From positions 1 to 37,554 of the forward strand of contig JALHMH010000042.1 in NCBI GenBank assembly GCA_022844165.1: a DNA stretch of 37,554 nucleotides, in the 5' to 3' direction. The DNA is from Lysobacterales bacterium. Lineage in GTDB: Bacteria > Pseudomonadota > Gammaproteobacteria > Xanthomonadales > SZUA-5. The notes below the pieces were generated by a model that saw nothing but the letters and a program-made list of their open reading frames with translations, made no database searches and was not told where the DNA came from. Below are positions 8,749 to 19,344 of this stretch, piece by piece (the first letter of the stretch is position 1; each line of letters begins with the position of its first letter). The position numbers and the translations under genes are program-made.

Positions 8749-11748
8749 TCAGGGTCCGATGTAGGTGAGCCGGCGCGAGACAAAGCCGTCGACCAGGAGC
8801 GTGCCGCTGGTTCCCGGGTCGACGCCGCCGACGATGCCAAAGAGCGCCGAGGCAATCGCTTGCCCCGAGTTGTTGACGGCGGCCACGTGGCCGGCGAGGA
8901 CGCCGTCGACGTAGAGCAGCAGGTACCCGTTCGCCGCCGGAGCCTGCGCCGCACGCCACTCGATCTCGATGGAGGAGGCCAGGGAGACAGGTACCTGAGG
9001 AGTGGCTCGGAGGACACCACCGTTGTCAACAACCCGAGCGACGATCCGGTAGCCAGACGCTACGCGGCGCAGGGCCACTCGCACCTTGGCATCCGTCGAA
9101 GAGCGAACAACCAACACGTTGAACTCGTCGCCCGTGGCCATTGTGAGATTGGCGCCAGTCGGGGCCGGATTGAGCTGGAACCGCGCACGGTAGCGCTGCT
9201 GTGATTCGACAAGGTCGTGACGAACGTAGGCGACGTCAGCGGCACCACCCTGGACGCTCACGGCAAGCGACCATGGCCCGTAGCTCCCGCCGCCGGGGTT
9301 GCTCAGGGTGGTCAACGAACCTGCGCCGCCGAGGACGCTGGTCGTCCAGGCTGAAACGTCGCCGGAGTCGAACCAGTCGGCGAAGAGCTTGTCGCGGCTG
9401 CAAAGCGGATTGGCGACGGGGTCCTGCCGCGGGAATCCGAGCATCTCGGCGCCATCGGTGTTCCCGTCGCAGTCGGAGTCCGCTACGGCCGGGTCCGGAC
9501 CGACCAGTCGCTCGAAGCCATCGATGACACCGTCGCTATCCGCGTCCGCGTTGGGGTAGGCCCAGCCCAGGCACGAACGACCGTGGAGCACCTGGGTATA
9601 GCCGCTGGCGCTCATCGTCCCCAGCTCGTTGGCCGGGAAGATCGCCGTGTCATCGAGCGGAGCGTTGTAACGGCGCAGCACGGCCACGGTGCCCGCCGGC
9701 TGGCACGAGACGTCGTCGCAGGTGGTATCGGTGCCGCAGCTGGGATAAAGGTAGCCCTCAATGCCGTCGAGGTAGTAACCGGCCCCGTGGTCCGCGACCA
9801 CCTCGGTGGTGAGCACGTCATAGCGGTGATCCCGATTGTTGCCACCGCTGGCGAAGCGGCTCAGTCGATAGAGCGGCACCAGAGGCTGGCCCCCGGGAAT
9901 CGGGTTGTTTTCGGTGGACAGAACGTGGAGTGACGCCTTCGGACTGCCGTTCGGGCAGGGCGTCAGCTCGCAACCGGGCAGTGTGCCCGGAACCGCAGGG
10001 CCGATCGTCGAGTACGTGGCGCCGTTGCTACCCCGGACCGCCGCCACCGCCATCTGCGGCACCGAGGTGTAGAAGTGATCGGTGGCGGTGCTACCGTAGA
10101 GGCTGTACAGCGGCGTTGCGCGATTGCGGATCACCCGGCCGGCGATTCGGCCGAGCGTGTCCTCCACGTTGCCCAGCGCGTTCGGGTAGCCGTAGCCGAG
10201 TTGTGGGGTCCATTGAGTTGCCTGGCTTGCGCGGCTGATCATCCCGGCCCGGATGCTGTCGTGACTCAGAACGGGATCGACCGACCGCAGCAACCCGGCA
10301 AGACCACTGATGTGCGGTGCCGCCATCGAGGTACCGGTGCACAGCCCGTAACCCGTGCCAGCGCCCGGGAGGCCGCTGTCGGCGCAGCCGGTACCGGGGT
10401 TATGGACCTGGCCAGTGTAGAACGTGGAAACCACGTCCCGTGCCGGTGCAACCAGCTCTTGCTGCGCGCCTGTGTTGGAACCGAAGCCAGAGTTGGAGAA
10501 CCAGAGGTTAGCCGGGAACTGGAGACCGCCGACCGCGATCACCCGTGGATCGCGCGCGGGAAACGCGATCTGCTGGGCCGTTGAGTTTCCCGAAGCCGCC
10601 ACCATGGTGACCCCCCTTCTATGCGCGTGGCGCAGCGCCGAACAGTAGGCGATCTCGTTGGTGGGCGGCGGCTCGGTCACAGTGCACGCCGGATGGATAC
10701 TTTTGCCGAAGCTCATGTTGATGACCTGCGCGCCCATGTCTACCAGGCGTGTGATGGCCGCAACGATGTTCTGGTCTTGCTGGATTTGTGTCACGTCGGC
10801 GTTATGAATCTGGCAAGCGACGTTGACGCAGGGTATCAGGTTGCTGGTGCGAGCGAACATCAGGCCGTTGCTCCAGCCAGAACCGGCGACTCCGGTGGAG
10901 TTCCCGGTGGTGGCTGCGATGATTCCGGAGACGTGTGTGCCATGGCCGGCGAAGTCCGTCACTCCGATCTGGCCGGGAGTACCGCCGACGACCGTCTCGG
11001 GCTGCAGCTCGTCGACACAGCGGTCTGGCTGAACCGGGTTGCCGACGTCGACGGCGAAGCGGCGACGGAAGTTGCCTTGCTGGAAAAGCGTGGTACCACC
11101 CACGCGGTGAAAGGCCCGCAGATCCTCGTGGCCGGTCTCGAAGCTGACGCCGGGGCAGTCGGGGGTCTGGATCTCCAGTCCGGTGTCGGCCACGCCGACG
11201 TAGCCGCGGCCGCGCGCATAGTCCCACGCCGCAGGAAAGTTGAGGAGGTGGAGGCCCCACTGCGGACCCTGTGTGCCGGGCGTTTGGGGGAAAAGGGGAT
11301 CGTTCGGTTGCAAGAACAGCTCGACGGTACCATTTTCCTCCACCGTCCGCACACTCGGGTCGCCTAACAGAATCTGTGCGGTGGCTTCGAGATCGGTCGA
11401 GGCGGGGTAAGCGATTACGACAGCCCTCTCGAGTCGAGCCCGTGGATCTTCCGGGTTGGCTTGCAGCCACGCCAGGAAATCGCCGGATGCGCGCTCAGCC
11501 AGCAGCGGGCGAGCGGCGATAGGGCTGCCGCTGGAAAACGCCCCGGGTAGAGCTTCGTGCTTGCTGATCGCATCAGCCAGGTCGTCGGGCGACGGGGCTT
11601 GCGGCGCGGGAGCCAGCATCACGATCAATTCGGTAATTGGGGATTCGGCGAAGGTCGGCTGGGCGTAACCGGCCAGGATGCCGAGCATAGGTAGGCTACA
11701 GAGCAACGCGGCTCTGTCAGCTCGAGACCTGTGAGTACTTCGGAACAT
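8749..11748 (-). CDS. Secreted S8 family serine peptidase, multidomain
   Basis: Triad VADTG / HGTHVSG / GTSMAAPH, oxyanion ASGN; AAGGAG RBS before MFRSTH; PLY..DHFYT-type repeats, DxDxDG Ca-binding repeats and a C-terminal beta-rich domain. Confidence 0.92.
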   Translation of the reverse strand: MFRSTHRSRADRAALLCSLPMLGILAGYAQPTFAESPITELIVMLAPAPQAPSPDDLADAISKHEALPGAFSSGSPIAARPLLAERASGDFLAWLQANPEDPRARLERAVVIAYPASTDLEATAQILLGDPSVRTVEENGTVELFLQPNDPLFPQTPGTQGPQWGLHLLNFPAAWDYARGRGYVGVADTGLEIQTPDCPGVSFETGHEDLRAFHRVGGTTLFQQGNFRRRFAVDVGNPVQPDRCVDELQPETVVGGTPGQIGVTDFAGHGTHVSGIIAATTGNSTGVAGSGWSNGLMFARTSNLIPCVNVACQIHNADVTQIQQDQNIVAAITRLVDMGAQVINMSFGKSIHPACTVTEPPPTNEIAYCSALRHAHRRGVTMVAASGNSTAQQIAFPARDPRVIAVGGLQFPANLWFSNSGFGSNTGAQQELVAPARDVVSTFYTGQVHNPGTGCADSGLPGAGTGYGLCTGTSMAAPHISGLAGLLRSVDPVLSHDSIRAGMISRASQATQWTPQLGYGYPNALGNVEDTLGRIAGRVIRNRATPLYSLYGSTATDHFYTSVPQMAVAAVRGSNGATYSTIGPAVPGTLPGCELTPCPNGSPKASLHVLSTENNPIPGGQPLVPLYRLSRFASGGNNRDHRYDVLTTEVVADHGAGYYLDGIEGYLYPSCGTDTTCDDVSCQPAGTVAVLRRYNAPLDDTAIFPANELGTMSASGYTQVLHGRSCLGWAYPNADADSDGVIDGFERLVGPDPAVADSDCDGNTDGAEMLGFPRQDPVANPLCSRDKLFADWFDSGDVSAWTTSVLGGAGSLTTLSNPGGGSYGPWSLAVSVQGGAADVAYVRHDLVESQQRYRARFQLNPAPTGANLTMATGDEFNVLVVRSSTDAKVRVALRRVASGYRIVARVVDNGGVLRATPQVPVSLASSIEIEWRAAQAPAANGYLLLYVDGVLAGHVAAVNNSGQAIASALFGIVGGVDPGTSGTLLVDGFVSRRLTYIGP

Positions 11749-11834
11749 AGATGCTCCTTTCGGATTTGTGTGGGTTTGCCAGCGCACGACCGGTAAGGCC
11801 GTGCGCAAACAGCATCAATTCGCGCGACGCAAAG

Positions 11835-11937
11835 AGTCCCGATGTTTATGCGATTTTTTTGCGATATCGAGCGCTGAGCATTCGATTTGCGAGGCCGGGG
11901 CGCCGTTCGTCGCCAAGGCCAGATGCCTGGATCAAGC
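11835..11937 (-). promoter_or_regulatory. Putative wHTH binding site/promoter block upstream of the S8 peptidase
   Basis: TGCGAT direct repeat at 11-bp spacing (11849, 11860) inside a block that is conserved with 8601-8679. Confidence 0.55.
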
Positions 11938-12133
11938 GCCTGAATGCCTCCTCCAGTAGCGCACCGGTCAGCGAGCAAGCTGATTCTGGTAAGTCCAATG
12001 GTGGCAAGGCGGCGATTCTGCCGGCTGGCTTGTAGGTACCTGCGGATCGTTCGGCGTTACATCCCGCTTAGCAATCGTCTGCAACAAAACCGGCACTATG
12101 CGTGTGCCCCAGACTGATTGCGTTTGATTACAA

Positions 12134-14329
12134 GTGACACATCCTGCTCACGAACCGCCGGGACATGCGTTCGAATTCCGCCGGCTCTTGCTGGGCAATC
12201 GATTGGTCGATTTCGATGCGCACCGAATTGCCTATGGTGGCGCGGAGCTGCGGATTCGCCCCAAATCGATGGCGGTCTTGTGCGCTTTGGTCGCTGCGAA
12301 AGGTGAGCCGGTCTCCCGCGAGCAATTGCTGGATCGCGTTTGGCCGGAGACATGCCCCACGGACGAAGTTATCACGCAGGCCATCGTCGAACTACGACGG
12401 GCGCTGGATAGGTCGTCCAATCCTTTGTGTTGGATCGATACCATCCCCCGTGTCGGCTATCGATTGGTTGGTGAGGTTCGAGCGAGCAACGACGAGGACA
12501 GCGACCATCCAAGCATCTTAGCGGATGCAGCGAGCGCGGCGGCGGAGGTCCGCGTATCAGTTCAGCCTGGCGCTCAGGAAGAAGCTCAAAAGAGTGCCCA
12601 GTGGCCACTCAGAACGCTGTGGCTCACAGGTGCTGTGGGCATCTCCCTGCTTGCCGTCGTCGCCGTGCATTCGCGCGTGGGACCCGGTCCGGGCTCCCTC
12701 GCCACGTCGCCGATATCGTCGCCTGTCGTGACCTGGCTGACATCCAAACCAGAACGTGAAATGTATCCGTCGCTATCTCCGGATGGTTCGCAATTCGCAT
12801 ACACGGAGAGCTCCGCCAGCGGCGGTCGATCGCGAATCGTCGTCCGCGATGTGGACGACGCAGCCAGCCTCAGGATCTTTAGTCATCCGCCGCCAGGTCA
12901 CTACGATACGTACCCCGCGTGGTCGCCTCGCGGCGATGCCATCGCCTTCATGCGCGGCGCTCGCAACTCGTGCGCAATTCTGCTGAAGTCGCTCAGCGGG
13001 AATGAGCGAAAGTTGATTGACTGCGGAGCCAATGTTCTCACCTATTTGGAGTGGCATCCCGATGGCCGTCGTTTGTTGACGTTGCGCAAACCAGCAGATC
13101 CCGGGGTTTGCACTATGATCCATCTGGTCGACGTTGAGACCGGCGAATCGAGCGCGCTTCCTTACACGCCGCTGCCCATCGGCCGATGCGACGTTGAGGC
13201 GCGCATTTCGCCCGATGCACGTTGGATTGTTTTTCGCCGCGGTCGAGCACCCAATTCCGACCTCTGGCTCGTGCCGGCTGTCGGCGGTACGGCTCGTTTG
13301 CTGGCACCCCTGGACGCGGAAATCCGCGGTTTCGATTGGCGCGACGATAGCGCCTCGCTGCTCGCCTCTTCCGACCACGAGGGCGCTCGCGCTCTGTACC
13401 TCGTGTCGTTGAACGGCGATGTCGAGCAGGTGAGCAAAGAGGCATTGCTCTTTCCGCGCACCGCTACGTCGGTGAAACTTGCTGCGGCGCACGTCGAGCA
13501 GCGACTCGTTCGGATTCGGGCCGCGCCCGCCGATGGCAATGTCGTGCCAACCGCCGCAAGCCGATCCGATTTCATGCCTCGGCCAGCACCGCACGGGTCG
13601 CGCCTGGCCTTCGTCTCGCAGCGAAGCGGCTCGGACGAGATCTGGCTGCACGAGGCCGGATTGCCTGCGCCGAGGCAGTTGACCTCAATGGGCAGTGGTC
13701 GCTTCGACAGTCTGGAATGGTCAAGCGACGCGCAACATCTGGTCGCCGTGAATCGAGGATTGACGGGTCGGATGCACATCATCGATGCGACCACCGGCGA
13801 GTCGCGCGCCTTAACCGGCGAAGACCAAAAGGTGCGATTCGCCAGCTTTGGCCGTGATGGTCGATTCATCTATTACTCCAGCAATCGCGGCAGTCGCTGG
13901 CGCATTTGGCGTATGCGTATCGATGGCAGTGGGGCCGAGAGCCTCTACGATGTCGATGCGATCGATCCCCGTGAGGCGATCGATGGTGCTTTGTTCTACG
14001 TAAAGGAATCGGCCGTGGGATTGCACCGACTCGACCTGCAGAGTTTTGAGGAACGGCAACTGACCACGGAGGTCTGGTTGCACAACATCGGCGAGTACAC
14101 GGTGCACGAAGATGCAGTCCGGTTCGTGGCATTGAGCAGCCGTGGCAAGCAGCAGTTGATGTTTCAGTCCTGGCGTGGTCGCAATGAGCTCGACGAGCCG
14201 CAGCCCGTAGCGGTCGAATTCAAGGACCCACTTACGGCCGGCGAACTGGTCCTCGCCGCCGATCAACAGCGCTGGTACTACACCGTGATCGAACACGAAA
14301 GCACGGACATCGCTTTGGTCCGATGGTAA
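12134..14329 (+). CDS. CadC/ToxR-like membrane regulator: winged helix + TM + PD40/TolB-like beta-propeller
   Basis: [34 protein letters not shown] (Trans_reg_C), one TM helix, repeated [27 protein letters not shown] blades. Confidence 0.9.
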   Translation: MTHPAHEPPGHAFEFRRLLLGNRLVDFDAHRIAYGGAELRIRPKSMAVLCALVAAKGEPVSREQLLDRVWPETCPTDEVITQAIVELRRALDRSSNPLCWIDTIPRVGYRLVGEVRASNDEDSDHPSILADAASAAAEVRVSVQPGAQEEAQKSAQWPLRTLWLTGAVGISLLAVVAVHSRVGPGPGSLATSPISSPVVTWLTSKPEREMYPSLSPDGSQFAYTESSASGGRSRIVVRDVDDAASLRIFSHPPPGHYDTYPAWSPRGDAIAFMRGARNSCAILLKSLSGNERKLIDCGANVLTYLEWHPDGRRLLTLRKPADPGVCTMIHLVDVETGESSALPYTPLPIGRCDVEARISPDARWIVFRRGRAPNSDLWLVPAVGGTARLLAPLDAEIRGFDWRDDSASLLASSDHEGARALYLVSLNGDVEQVSKEALLFPRTATSVKLAAAHVEQRLVRIRAAPADGNVVPTAASRSDFMPRPAPHGSRLAFVSQRSGSDEIWLHEAGLPAPRQLTSMGSGRFDSLEWSSDAQHLVAVNRGLTGRMHIIDATTGESRALTGEDQKVRFASFGRDGRFIYYSSNRGSRWRIWRMRIDGSGAESLYDVDAIDPREAIDGALFYVKESAVGLHRLDLQSFEERQLTTEVWLHNIGEYTVHEDAVRFVALSSRGKQQLMFQSWRGRNELDEPQPVAVEFKDPLTAGELVLAADQQRWYYTVIEHESTDIALVRW

Positions 14330-14462
14330 GACGCCGATCAAGTCGCGCGGCGGCAATACGATCCCTTCCGTGTCGAAGCGGGTATGGATACCCGACGACA
14401 ACAATCCGGCGAATTGCGAAACACCGCGCTATGCTCCGGCGCTGAATTCGATTGTGCCGCCG

Positions 14463-15422
14463 ATGAATCCCTCTTTTCTTGATTTCGAACAACCGATCGC
14501 CGAGCTGGAAGCGAAGATTGCCGAACTGCGTTACGCAGGCCAGGGCAACGCGCTGAACATCGAAGAGGAGATCGGCAGGCTGAAAGATAAGCTGCGCGCG
14601 AAGACCGAGGCGATTTTTGCCAATCTTTCGCCGTGGCAAATCGCCCAATTGGCGCGCCACCCGCAGCGGCCGCATTTTGTCGACTATACGCCGCTGCTAT
14701 TCGATGAATTCCATGAGATCAAGGGCGATCGGCACTTCGCCGATGACCCGGCGATTATCACGGGTTTGGCGCGGATCGGCGGGCGCAGCGTGATCGCCAT
14801 CGGCCATGAAAAGGGTCGTGACACTAAAGACAAGGTGCGCCGCAACTTCGGCATGCCGCGCCCGGAAGGTTATCGAAAAGCGCAACGTGTGATGCAGATG
14901 GCCGAACGCTTCGCTTTGCCGGTGCTGACGTTTATCGATACGCCCGGGGCCTATCCCGGTGTCGGCGCGGAAGAACGCGGCCAGTCCGAGGCGATCGCGA
15001 AGAATCTGGAGGTCATGAGTGAGTTGCGCGTGCCGATTCTGTGCACCGTGATTGGCGAGGGTGGTTCGGGCGGTGCCCTGGCGATCGGCGTTGGCGATCG
15101 CACGCTGATGCTGGAGTACGCGATCTATTCAGTGATCTCGCCCGAAGGATGTGCCTCCATCCTGTGGAAAAGCGCGGAGCGCGCGCGCGATGCGGCCGAT
15201 GCGATGGGCATTACCTCCGCACGTTTGTTGCAGCTGGGCCTGATCGATCAAGTGGTCGATGAGCCGCTCGGTGGTGCGCACCGTGACACGGCGGGAATGG
15301 CCAGAACGCTCAAAGACACGCTGCTAAGACAACTGGACGGACTGGAGCGCATCGAAGCCAAGAGCCTGGTCGAAGCGCGCTATCAACGTCTGCGCGGTTA
15401 TGGATCGCAACGCGTCGAGTAG
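14463..15422 (+). CDS. accA: Acetyl-CoA carboxylase carboxyltransferase alpha subunit
   Basis: [46 protein letters not shown]. Confidence 0.98.
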   Translation: MNPSFLDFEQPIAELEAKIAELRYAGQGNALNIEEEIGRLKDKLRAKTEAIFANLSPWQIAQLARHPQRPHFVDYTPLLFDEFHEIKGDRHFADDPAIITGLARIGGRSVIAIGHEKGRDTKDKVRRNFGMPRPEGYRKAQRVMQMAERFALPVLTFIDTPGAYPGVGAEERGQSEAIAKNLEVMSELRVPILCTVIGEGGSGGALAIGVGDRTLMLEYAIYSVISPEGCASILWKSAERARDAADAMGITSARLLQLGLIDQVVDEPLGGAHRDTAGMARTLKDTLLRQLDGLERIEAKSLVEARYQRLRGYGSQRVE

Positions 15423-16734
15423 CCCACTCCCGCTCCTGCGAGCCTGCATCGAAAGCACACGCGGGCCGCTGACCGTGGCCTTCAGCGGCGGGGCGGACAG
15501 CACCGCGCTGCTGGTCGCATGCGCGCATAGCGAATCCGCCCGCAGCATGGGACTGCGCGCACTGCATGTGCATCACGGGCTGCACCAGGACGCTGATGCC
15601 TGGGCAGAGCACTGCACAGCAGTCGCTGCCGCACTCGGTATCGCGCTGATCGTCGAACGCGTGCAGGTCGATCCCCGCGGACAGGGCATCGAGGCGGCGG
15701 CGCGCGCCGCCCGGTTCGCCGCGTTCGAATGCCACATCGATGGCGGTACACTGCTGCTGGCGCAGCACCAGGACGATCAGGCCGAAACGGTGCTGCTGCG
15801 CTTACTGCGCGGCGCGGCAATCGACGGTGTCGCGGCGATGCGCGCCAGGCGCTCGCTCGGTAGCGGCGAGTTGCGGCGCCCTTGGTTGACCTTACCTCGC
15901 GCCACGATCTTGTCGTGGCTGCGCGAAACAGCGCCGATGCTGCGTTGGCTGGACGATCCCGCCAACATCGATCCCAAGTTTGATCGCAGTTTTGTTCGCC
16001 ACGGGCTGTTGCCACAGATCGTCGCCCGTTTTCCCGCAGCGCGCGAGCGCCTCGCGCGTTTTGCCCACCTGGCGCGCGAGCAACAAGATGAGATCGATCG
16101 TGCAGCCGCCCAGGCGCTGGCGAGTTGCCGTCATCTCGACAGGGCCTGCCTGGACCTGGATGGTCTTGCGGTCTTGTCGCCGGCGATCCGTCGCGGCGCG
16201 TTGCGACAATTCGCGCTCGAGCGATATGGCTCGATGCCTGGATTTCATGAACTGGAACGCATCGAGCGTGAAGTGATCGGCGCGCGCGAGGACGCCGATC
16301 CACAACTGATCGTCGGCAATTACGTGTTCCGCCGTTATCGGCGCACCTTGTACCTGCTGCCGATCATCCAAACCGAGCCGATCGTTGTCGAAACGGTCTG
16401 GCCGGCGGGCGCGGAACGTGTTCCGTACGGTCCGCTGACACTGCGCGCCATGGATCGCGTTGGTGGCCAAGTCGCAGTTCCCAGCACACTTCGCCTCTGC
16501 AGCCGCCAGGGTGGAGAGCGTATGCAGGTGCGCGCAGGCGGTCCGCGTCGCGAGCTTCGCGACCTGTTTCAGGAGCTTTCGGTGCCGCCCTGGCAGCGCG
16601 CGAGAACGCCTTTGCTCTATGCAGGATCCACCCTGGTGGCCGCCATCGGCGTGATTGCAAGCGATGCGTTGGCGAACATCTGGCCTGGGTTGCGCATCGC
16701 TGCCGAGCGTAGCCAACAATGCTCGATGGTCTGA
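15400..16734 (+). CDS. tilS: tRNA(Ile)-lysidine synthetase
   Basis: [10 protein letters not shown]-loop, [31 protein letters not shown]-domain; follows accA. Confidence 0.95.
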   Translation: MDRNASSSPLPLLRACIESTRGPLTVAFSGGADSTALLVACAHSESARSMGLRALHVHHGLHQDADAWAEHCTAVAAALGIALIVERVQVDPRGQGIEAAARAARFAAFECHIDGGTLLLAQHQDDQAETVLLRLLRGAAIDGVAAMRARRSLGSGELRRPWLTLPRATILSWLRETAPMLRWLDDPANIDPKFDRSFVRHGLLPQIVARFPAARERLARFAHLAREQQDEIDRAAAQALASCRHLDRACLDLDGLAVLSPAIRRGALRQFALERYGSMPGFHELERIEREVIGAREDADPQLIVGNYVFRRYRRTLYLLPIIQTEPIVVETVWPAGAERVPYGPLTLRAMDRVGGQVAVPSTLRLCSRQGGERMQVRAGGPRRELRDLFQELSVPPWQRARTPLLYAGSTLVAAIGVIASDALANIWPGLRIAAERSQQCSMV

Positions 16735-16750
16735 GGCGAAGCTTCGTCAG
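16698..16750 (-). repeat. Left-end fragment of the CTAG repeat family overlapping the tilS 3' end
   Basis: 47/53 identity by eye to 26233-26285; contains the tilS TGA. Confidence 0.85.
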
Positions 16751-16814
16751 CCGTTGAGTCTGGCAAGGCCCGGGCTTGCCAGACTCTTCCGCATCCACTG
16801 AGGTTCCGCCGGGG

Positions 16815-18551
16815 TTAGACCACGCCACGGGCAATCAACAACTCCAGCACCTGGCGCGCCAGATCGGCCGGCTCGCCGCTGGCGCCATCGACGCGCAACG
16901 CCGGACTTTCCGGCACCTCGTATGGATCGCTGATGCCGGTAAACTGCTGGATCTCACCGCTGCGCGCTTTGGCGTACAGCCCTTTGCGATCGCGCGCTTC
17001 GCAGGCTTCCAGCGACGTGCTGACATGCACCTCGACAAACTCCCCGCCGGCGTCTAACGTAAGCTTCCTGACCTCGGCGCGCGCAGCGGCGAAGGGTGCG
17101 ATCGGGGCGCAAACCGCGATGCCGTTATGCCTGGCAACTTCACTGGCAACAAAGCCGATGCGCGTGACATTGGCGTCGCGATCTTCGCGTGAGAATCCCA
17201 GACCCTTGGACAGATGTTTGCGCACCACATCGCCATCGAGCAGCGTCACCGGCCGCGCACTGCGCTCCAGGATCAGGCTGATCAGCGCATTGGCGAGTGT
17301 CGATTTGCCGGAGCCGGACAATCCGGTAAACAGCACCACCGCGCCCTTTGCCGCCACACCCGGATGGCGCTCGCGCAGAACCTGCACAACATCGGGGAAA
17401 CTAAACCACGCCGGAATTTCGGCGCCGCTCGACAAACGCTGCCGCAGTTCGGTGCCGGAGATATCGGTGATCTGATCGTCCGCCTGAGCTTCCGGCGCGG
17501 GCAGATAGGCTTGCCGTTTGGCCGAATAAACGTAGGCCGGAAACGCAACGATCTGGATGCCGAGCTCGGTCGCGTGCTGCTGCACCAATTCTTGCGCGGC
17601 CAGCGGCGCGTAGAAGGGCTTGCCGGATTTGTCGTTACCTGGCCCGGCGTGATCGCGGCCGATGATGAAATGCGTGGCGCCATAGTTCTTGCGAATGATC
17701 GCGTGCCACAGCGCTTCGCGCGGACCGGCCATCCGCATCGCCAACGGTAACAGCGACAGTTTGGCGTTGCCCGGCGTGTAGTGCGGTAACACGGCTTGAT
17801 AACACCGTACGCGTGTGAAGTGATCGATATCGCCAGGTTTGGTTTGGCCGACGACTGGATGCAGCAACAATTTTGCATCGACACTTTGCGCGGCGCGCTG
17901 GGTGAGTTCGAAGTGCGCACGGTGCAGCGGATTGCGCGTCTGGAACGCAACAATTCGCGTCCACCCGTTCGCCGCAAACCAACTGCGCAATGTCGCCGGC
18001 GTGTGGCGGTCGCCGCGAAAGTCGAAGTGCCGCGGCAATTCAATACCGCGAACCCGGCCGCCCAGATAAACGGGCTGCGTGTGGCCGACCAGCGCGGCTA
18101 CGCCGGGATGGGTCACGTCGCTGGTGCCGAACACCGCCTGCGCTTCGGCGTGGCGATCCGGCGTGTAGATCGACTCGATATCGAGTATCGCCAGCGGCGC
18201 ACCCTCGACGTCCTTCAACGCGATCGATTGGCCGACGGCCACGCGCCCCGCGAACGCGGTCGACACATCGAGCACGATCGGCATCGGCCACAACGTACCG
18301 TCCGCCAGTCGCAATTCACGGACGACGCGCTGGTAGTCGCCCTCATTGAGAAATCCGGTCAGGGGCGAAAACCCACCGGTCAGCAGCAGCTCCAGATCAT
18401 TGAGCTGTCGGGCTGTGAGGTCGTGGCCGACCAGTGCCGCGGCCTCGCGCCTGGCCTGCGCTATCTCATGCTCGGCGAGCAGCAGGTTCTTCAGGTCGCC
18501 GCCATGGGCGGGAAAGCTTGTAGGTGTGGTCAATGTGGCAGTCTTGGTCAT
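16815..18551 (-). CDS. sat: Bifunctional sulfate adenylyltransferase / adenylylsulfate kinase (Sat-CysC fusion)
   Basis: GGFSPL, AFQTRNPLHRAH, GRDHAG, then APS kinase FTGLSGSGKST, LDGDVVR, FTGISDPYE; start placed at MTKTAT after GGAAG. Confidence 0.93.
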   Translation of the reverse strand: MTKTATLTTPTSFPAHGGDLKNLLLAEHEIAQARREAAALVGHDLTARQLNDLELLLTGGFSPLTGFLNEGDYQRVVRELRLADGTLWPMPIVLDVSTAFAGRVAVGQSIALKDVEGAPLAILDIESIYTPDRHAEAQAVFGTSDVTHPGVAALVGHTQPVYLGGRVRGIELPRHFDFRGDRHTPATLRSWFAANGWTRIVAFQTRNPLHRAHFELTQRAAQSVDAKLLLHPVVGQTKPGDIDHFTRVRCYQAVLPHYTPGNAKLSLLPLAMRMAGPREALWHAIIRKNYGATHFIIGRDHAGPGNDKSGKPFYAPLAAQELVQQHATELGIQIVAFPAYVYSAKRQAYLPAPEAQADDQITDISGTELRQRLSSGAEIPAWFSFPDVVQVLRERHPGVAAKGAVVLFTGLSGSGKSTLANALISLILERSARPVTLLDGDVVRKHLSKGLGFSREDRDANVTRIGFVASEVARHNGIAVCAPIAPFAAARAEVRKLTLDAGGEFVEVHVSTSLEACEARDRKGLYAKARSGEIQQFTGISDPYEVPESPALRVDGASGEPADLARQVLELLIARGVV

Positions 18552-18621
18552 GTGCGGCTTCCGGAGGTTATCGTTTTTTCTGTGGCGTTTGCTAAGTTTC
18601 GGGCGACAACCCGTCACCGTT

Positions 18622-19344
18622 TCAAACGTGCAACCCACACTCGCGCTTCAATCCGAAGAAGCGCGTTGCTTCTTCGTTCAAGTCGGCGCCGAGTGGGCGG
18701 GTGGTGTGGGTATCGCCGATCGACACATAACCCTCGTCCCATAACGGGTGATAAGGCAGGTCGAAGCGCTTGAGATATCGGTGCAAGTCTCGGTTGCTCT
18801 GGTCGAACAGCGGATGAATTTTGTAGCGGCCGCGTTTGTACTCCACCGGTTCGATGCTCGCGCGCGAGGCCGATTGGCTTCGGCGCAGCCCGGAAAACCA
18901 GGTGCACACGCCCAGCTCGTCGAGCGCACGCTGGAAGGGTTCGACCTTGTGGTACTGGTTGTAGCGCTCGATGCCGTCCAGCCCCTGTTCCCACAACTTG
19001 CCATGCCGTGCTTCGAAATGCGCGGCGCTGATCGTCGGCCGATAAATGCGCACATCGGCATCGAAGCGCGACTGCAATGCATCGATGAACCGGTAGGTCT
19101 CGGGAAACAAATACCCGGTGTCGACCAATACCACCGGTGTGCGCGGCGCATGGCTCAGCACCAGATGCAACATCACCGCCGACTGCGCACCGAAGCTCGA
19201 TGACAGCACATGCACACCGGGCAACTCCGCGAAGGCTCGCGCCACACGTTGGGCCGGCGTGAGTGCATACCAGTCGGCGAGGGGGTTGCCCGGCGCCGTG
19301 GTGGCGGCCGTTTCGCCGCTCCAGGGTTCGACATCCAGTGTCAT
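18622..19344 (-). CDS. cysH: Phosphoadenylyl-sulfate reductase
   Basis: [29 protein letters not shown]; no CC..CxxC Fe-S motif. Confidence 0.95.
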   Translation of the reverse strand: MTLDVEPWSGETAATTAPGNPLADWYALTPAQRVARAFAELPGVHVLSSSFGAQSAVMLHLVLSHAPRTPVVLVDTGYLFPETYRFIDALQSRFDADVRIYRPTISAAHFEARHGKLWEQGLDGIERYNQYHKVEPFQRALDELGVCTWFSGLRRSQSASRASIEPVEYKRGRYKIHPLFDQSNRDLHRYLKRFDLPYHPLWDEGYVSIGDTHTTRPLGADLNEEATRFFGLKRECGLHV

